This document shows, piece after piece, positions 60,501 through 64,000 of a stretch of 64,000 nucleotides of DNA. The notes under the pieces were generated by a model. The model was not told where the DNA came from, did no database searches, and saw only the letters and a program-made list of their open reading frames with translations. The position numbers were made by a program, and so were the translations under genes. The DNA comes from Tubulanus polymorphus (taxonomy: Eukaryota; Animalia; Nemertea): contig NC_134029.1 in NCBI RefSeq assembly GCF_964204645.1, positions 5,022,001 to 5,086,000 of the forward strand. The letters are read 5' to 3'. Position 1 is the stretch's first letter; every line of letters starts with the position of its first letter.

Positions 60501-63500
60501 AAGCCTATCCGAAATCCGGTTCAGGGTAAACGATTAAATTATGATATACATTTTATTCAGTTCCTGTCCAATTATGTGATGCAATTTGAATTATTGGCAC
60601 ACCAATTCGAAAGGCATTCAATTAGAATCTGTCAAAATGTTGGATAGCTGGTTAAACCCGTAAAGCTGGTTCACACCATTCAACTTTAAATATTGAGTTA
60701 CGAGTAAAAATGCACTTCGAATTCAAAACCGAATGTTCTTGTAAAATCTCGACGGTGATTATTTTTTCGCCGATAATCTATCATCACTCAGCCTAAAACA
60801 TCGACGAACTTTGCGTTAAATAACCTTATCGTAACTGGTAAAAAAAAACTAGCCAGTGATTATGGATTGATTCGGCCATTTCGCATTACGTAAAACATAC
60901 ACGTTTTATCGTTAAGCGAACGCAGCTAACCCGTTCAGAAAAGAATACTCTGATGGTTTTGCTCGTGTGGTTTGATGATGGATTGTCGTTGCACTGTGAT
61001 ACAGGTTTTCTTTATTGCGCATTGTCGTAAAGCCCAAAACCGGAAACTGCGAGCGCGAAACGAACTGCAGGTAATAATACCCATGGTTACGTTCGTCAAT
61101 GCTTGCTAATTTGCTGCAGGTTAGTTATCGCACTGCTCAGTTCGTTTATGCTGCTTGATATTTCTGACGGCCTCATCTCATTTTCTAAAAGGGTAAGAGC
61201 AAGCTAAATACTTATTTGTTTTGAGCAAGCGACAATCTTAAAGCACCGCAGGGGTAATACGGAGTTAGTGCTATTTACTAAGGGTTGAGAACTACCACAT
61301 CCCTCATGGCACAAGGTAACAACAAGAAAGTGAAACTTGGAGATTCGGAAATTGTGCCACTATCGTAATAACAGAACGTAATATTTTCAAGTGCAAAATA
61401 AATCTCTGGCCCTACCCTCAGAGCGAATATATACTCAGAGCCTGGACCTTATTAAGATGCAGTTGGGCCTAGCGCGCATGCCGTATATACCGGTGTGAAC
61501 ACTACGCTCTTAGGCAATCTACAAACACGATTTATTTGTCCACACAGTTCTCAGTGTTTGTTCCCACTTGCAGCGCTTTTATTTCCGATCACGAACAAAA
61601 GCTCTGACCAAGCACTCCCTCTAATGCACTAACGAATTTCCTGTTTGATGAAAAAAAACATTACGCGTTAGAGATAAGATATGGTTCTGCATAAGTGCCA
61701 CTAACTATTTCATTTTGAGTGTGGTCATCGTTTTGATGCAGTCCCGAGAATTGCTATTGACTGACGGCTTTAACTAATCAGTTTTCAAAAAATGATAAGT
61801 ACATGAATTCCAAAAGTGCTAAAAACAACAATGATGAATGAATCAATCAATCCTTTATTTTCAAATAACACAATGTATTTAGATGCAAAATACAAAATAA
61901 CAGTAAATTAGAAGAAATAGTTTCCTCAAAAAGAAAAATATCGGGTAAAATACAAAATGATTTTTTCACAAATATGATAAACAACACATCACAAATAGTT
62001 TTTAAATGAGAAAAAGACGACCTATCAATGCAGGACAAAATATTACCCGACAAAAACTGTAAAATTTCAGGCATATTAGAAACAAAACCCGCGAAAATAT
62101 CAATAGTGGTTTTTGTATCATATATAGATTAACAGAATATGGCATCTTTCTGAACTTAATCTTCGATTTTTCAATAATCTTACGCAACGTATTACATTTT
62201 TTTCTCCTACCATGGTTACAGTATCAATGTCGGCTGCATACAACGTCACAGTCGATTAACAAGTTGTTGCATCGCTCTCAGCTGCTTTGACGCAGTCTTT
62301 GATGTCGTTGAAAATTTCATAACCGATGATAGAATGAGAAAACGCGAAGAGCCGCCGATACGTTCGCCAATGGGGATGATGGAAGTGAATTATTTTCGAG
62401 AATGGAACCGCGAGAGATATTTGCGAGACTAGAAATGATTCCGGCGCAATCTTTTACAATCCATCTCATCCGATTTACCCTTCCTTGTCGATCGATCAGA
62501 AGTTCCAATATAAGCACGTCGTCGAGCAAAGTCGTTAAAATTCAGAAAATCAAGTGATCTTAATGATGTCAGACTTTCAATTTTAAAACAGTTCCTTACT
62601 GAAAACAATACCCACAATTTTTCGTATATAAATGCGCTTTAGCTGACGGAATGGAATTCAGAAAAATAGGCAAACCTTATCTTTATTTGAGTTTTCAAGT
62701 TGTCAAGTTTGTTGATATTTGATTCTAGTTTTCGTTAAGACTCGATCGCGCAGCACACCCAGATACAACTAGACTTCAATAACAGCTCAGAATCTTTCGA
62801 TAGAACAGCGAATGTTTTGTCTCCATTCTGAACAATTCGTTCACATTTGAAAATCAATATCCAACTGAAATTTCGATGTCATCTTAATTAAAGCGTTGTC
62901 TATCATGTTACGCATCTTGTATTCCCTGGTGATACTTCAGCTCTTCATCAAAAACAGGTTGCAAGAATCTGTTGTCAAAATACTGATTTTGCTCGGTAAG
63001 GTGATAGGAAGTTTTGATGCACGGATGATATCGTCACGCGACATTGGATCAAAGTTTTACGCGAGCAGCCAAAAAATCACTGGAGACATCGACCAGCAGC
63101 CAAAAGAGAAACATTGGCTCGAGTCTGCAGTGAACTGATCTGAGTGTAGAGTTAACGAATAAAAACCGACTGTAGATCTGTAGAAACAGTTTATCTCCTT
63201 ACAGTTTCGAGGTAAAAACTAAACCTCATCTTCAGAGGAACAAAAAATATTTCTACGGATCTAATGTGGGTTTTCATTTGTTATTGGCTCGAGGTTTCTA
63301 AAAAAAAATTCTAAATAAAGATCTTCGGCGAATTCCCAAACGACGAAGCCACTTGGAACTGTTTTTTTTTGAAAGATTGAATAGGGCGTGCGATTAACAA
63401 GAATAACAAGAACGATAATTTGAAGATCTGCGTTAAAACTTGAACGAGGAAGTTGCTATGAGTTATCCTTACAATGTCATTCAAAGTAATTCTAAAAGTA

Positions 63501-63760
63501 AAATCGAAAGAAAGAGACCTTCATTAGGAAACCCTGCAACTACTTAGATAAGCTCAAATTAGTTCCGCTCCAGATGTGCCTCGTTAGCAAAATGGATTGA
63601 TAAAAGTCATCAGAAAATCATTGTAACAATCGATGAATTCTCCTTTGTAAATAACTTGACCAGAAAATGCGTTCCATCGCGTCACAGGACTACAGCTGTT
63701 GATATTAAGTGAACGTATGACAACATACACATTGGGCATATATTGTATATATAACTGTAT

Positions 63761-64000
63761 ATGAAGATGGATGTATCATTTGCGTTTCGTTCATGCAGGT
63801 ATCATGTAAAATCCAATGTATTCAAACATTTGGTCAAACAATCAAGCAATCAATATTTTTTTTTCCGTTTTATAGGTGTCGCCTTTATCATTTGTTATCG
63901 ATCTATATTACTATTCAAATGGCCTCTTCATCGTCTTCGAAAAGTCGTCCGAACATCATCTTCATTGTAGCCGATGATCTAGGATGGAATGACGTCGGTT
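63761..64000 (+). CDS. Arylsulfatase (ARSB/ARSI/ARSJ-like), 5' part, runs off the window
   Basis: The exon after the polypyrimidine/TAG acceptor at 63875 reads ...SKSRPNIIFIVADDLGWNDVG, the sulfatase N-terminal metal-binding motif. A phase-compatible upstream exon 63761-63798 (MKMDVSFAFRSCR, AG|GT) is tentative. Confidence 0.85.

Overview
Animal (probably lophotrochozoan-type invertebrate) nuclear DNA with GT-AG introns; not prokaryotic. Hand-assembled genes: (1) SMG5/EST1B nonsense-mediated-decay factor, minus strand, 26 coding exons from 28008 to 8970, about 1067 aa, with one 7.95-kb intron; (2) an intronless type II PKA regulatory subunit (45895-46983, -); (3) a head-to-head pair of paralogous secreted precursors (signal peptide + CxxxC-rich peptide + furin site + two EF-hands) at 50523-51915 (-) and 53201-54529 (+); (4) the 5' end of an arylsulfatase at the right edge. 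Also present: many palindromic MITEs, SINE remnants, microsatellites and Penelope-type inverted repeats carrying hammerhead ribozyme cores. The most unusual signal is that several SMG5 introns are packed with nested hairpins whose wobble pairs work mainly on the + strand, antisense to SMG5. This suggests an undescribed large structured antisense RNA. All gene models and folds were read by eye; no database search or folding program was run.
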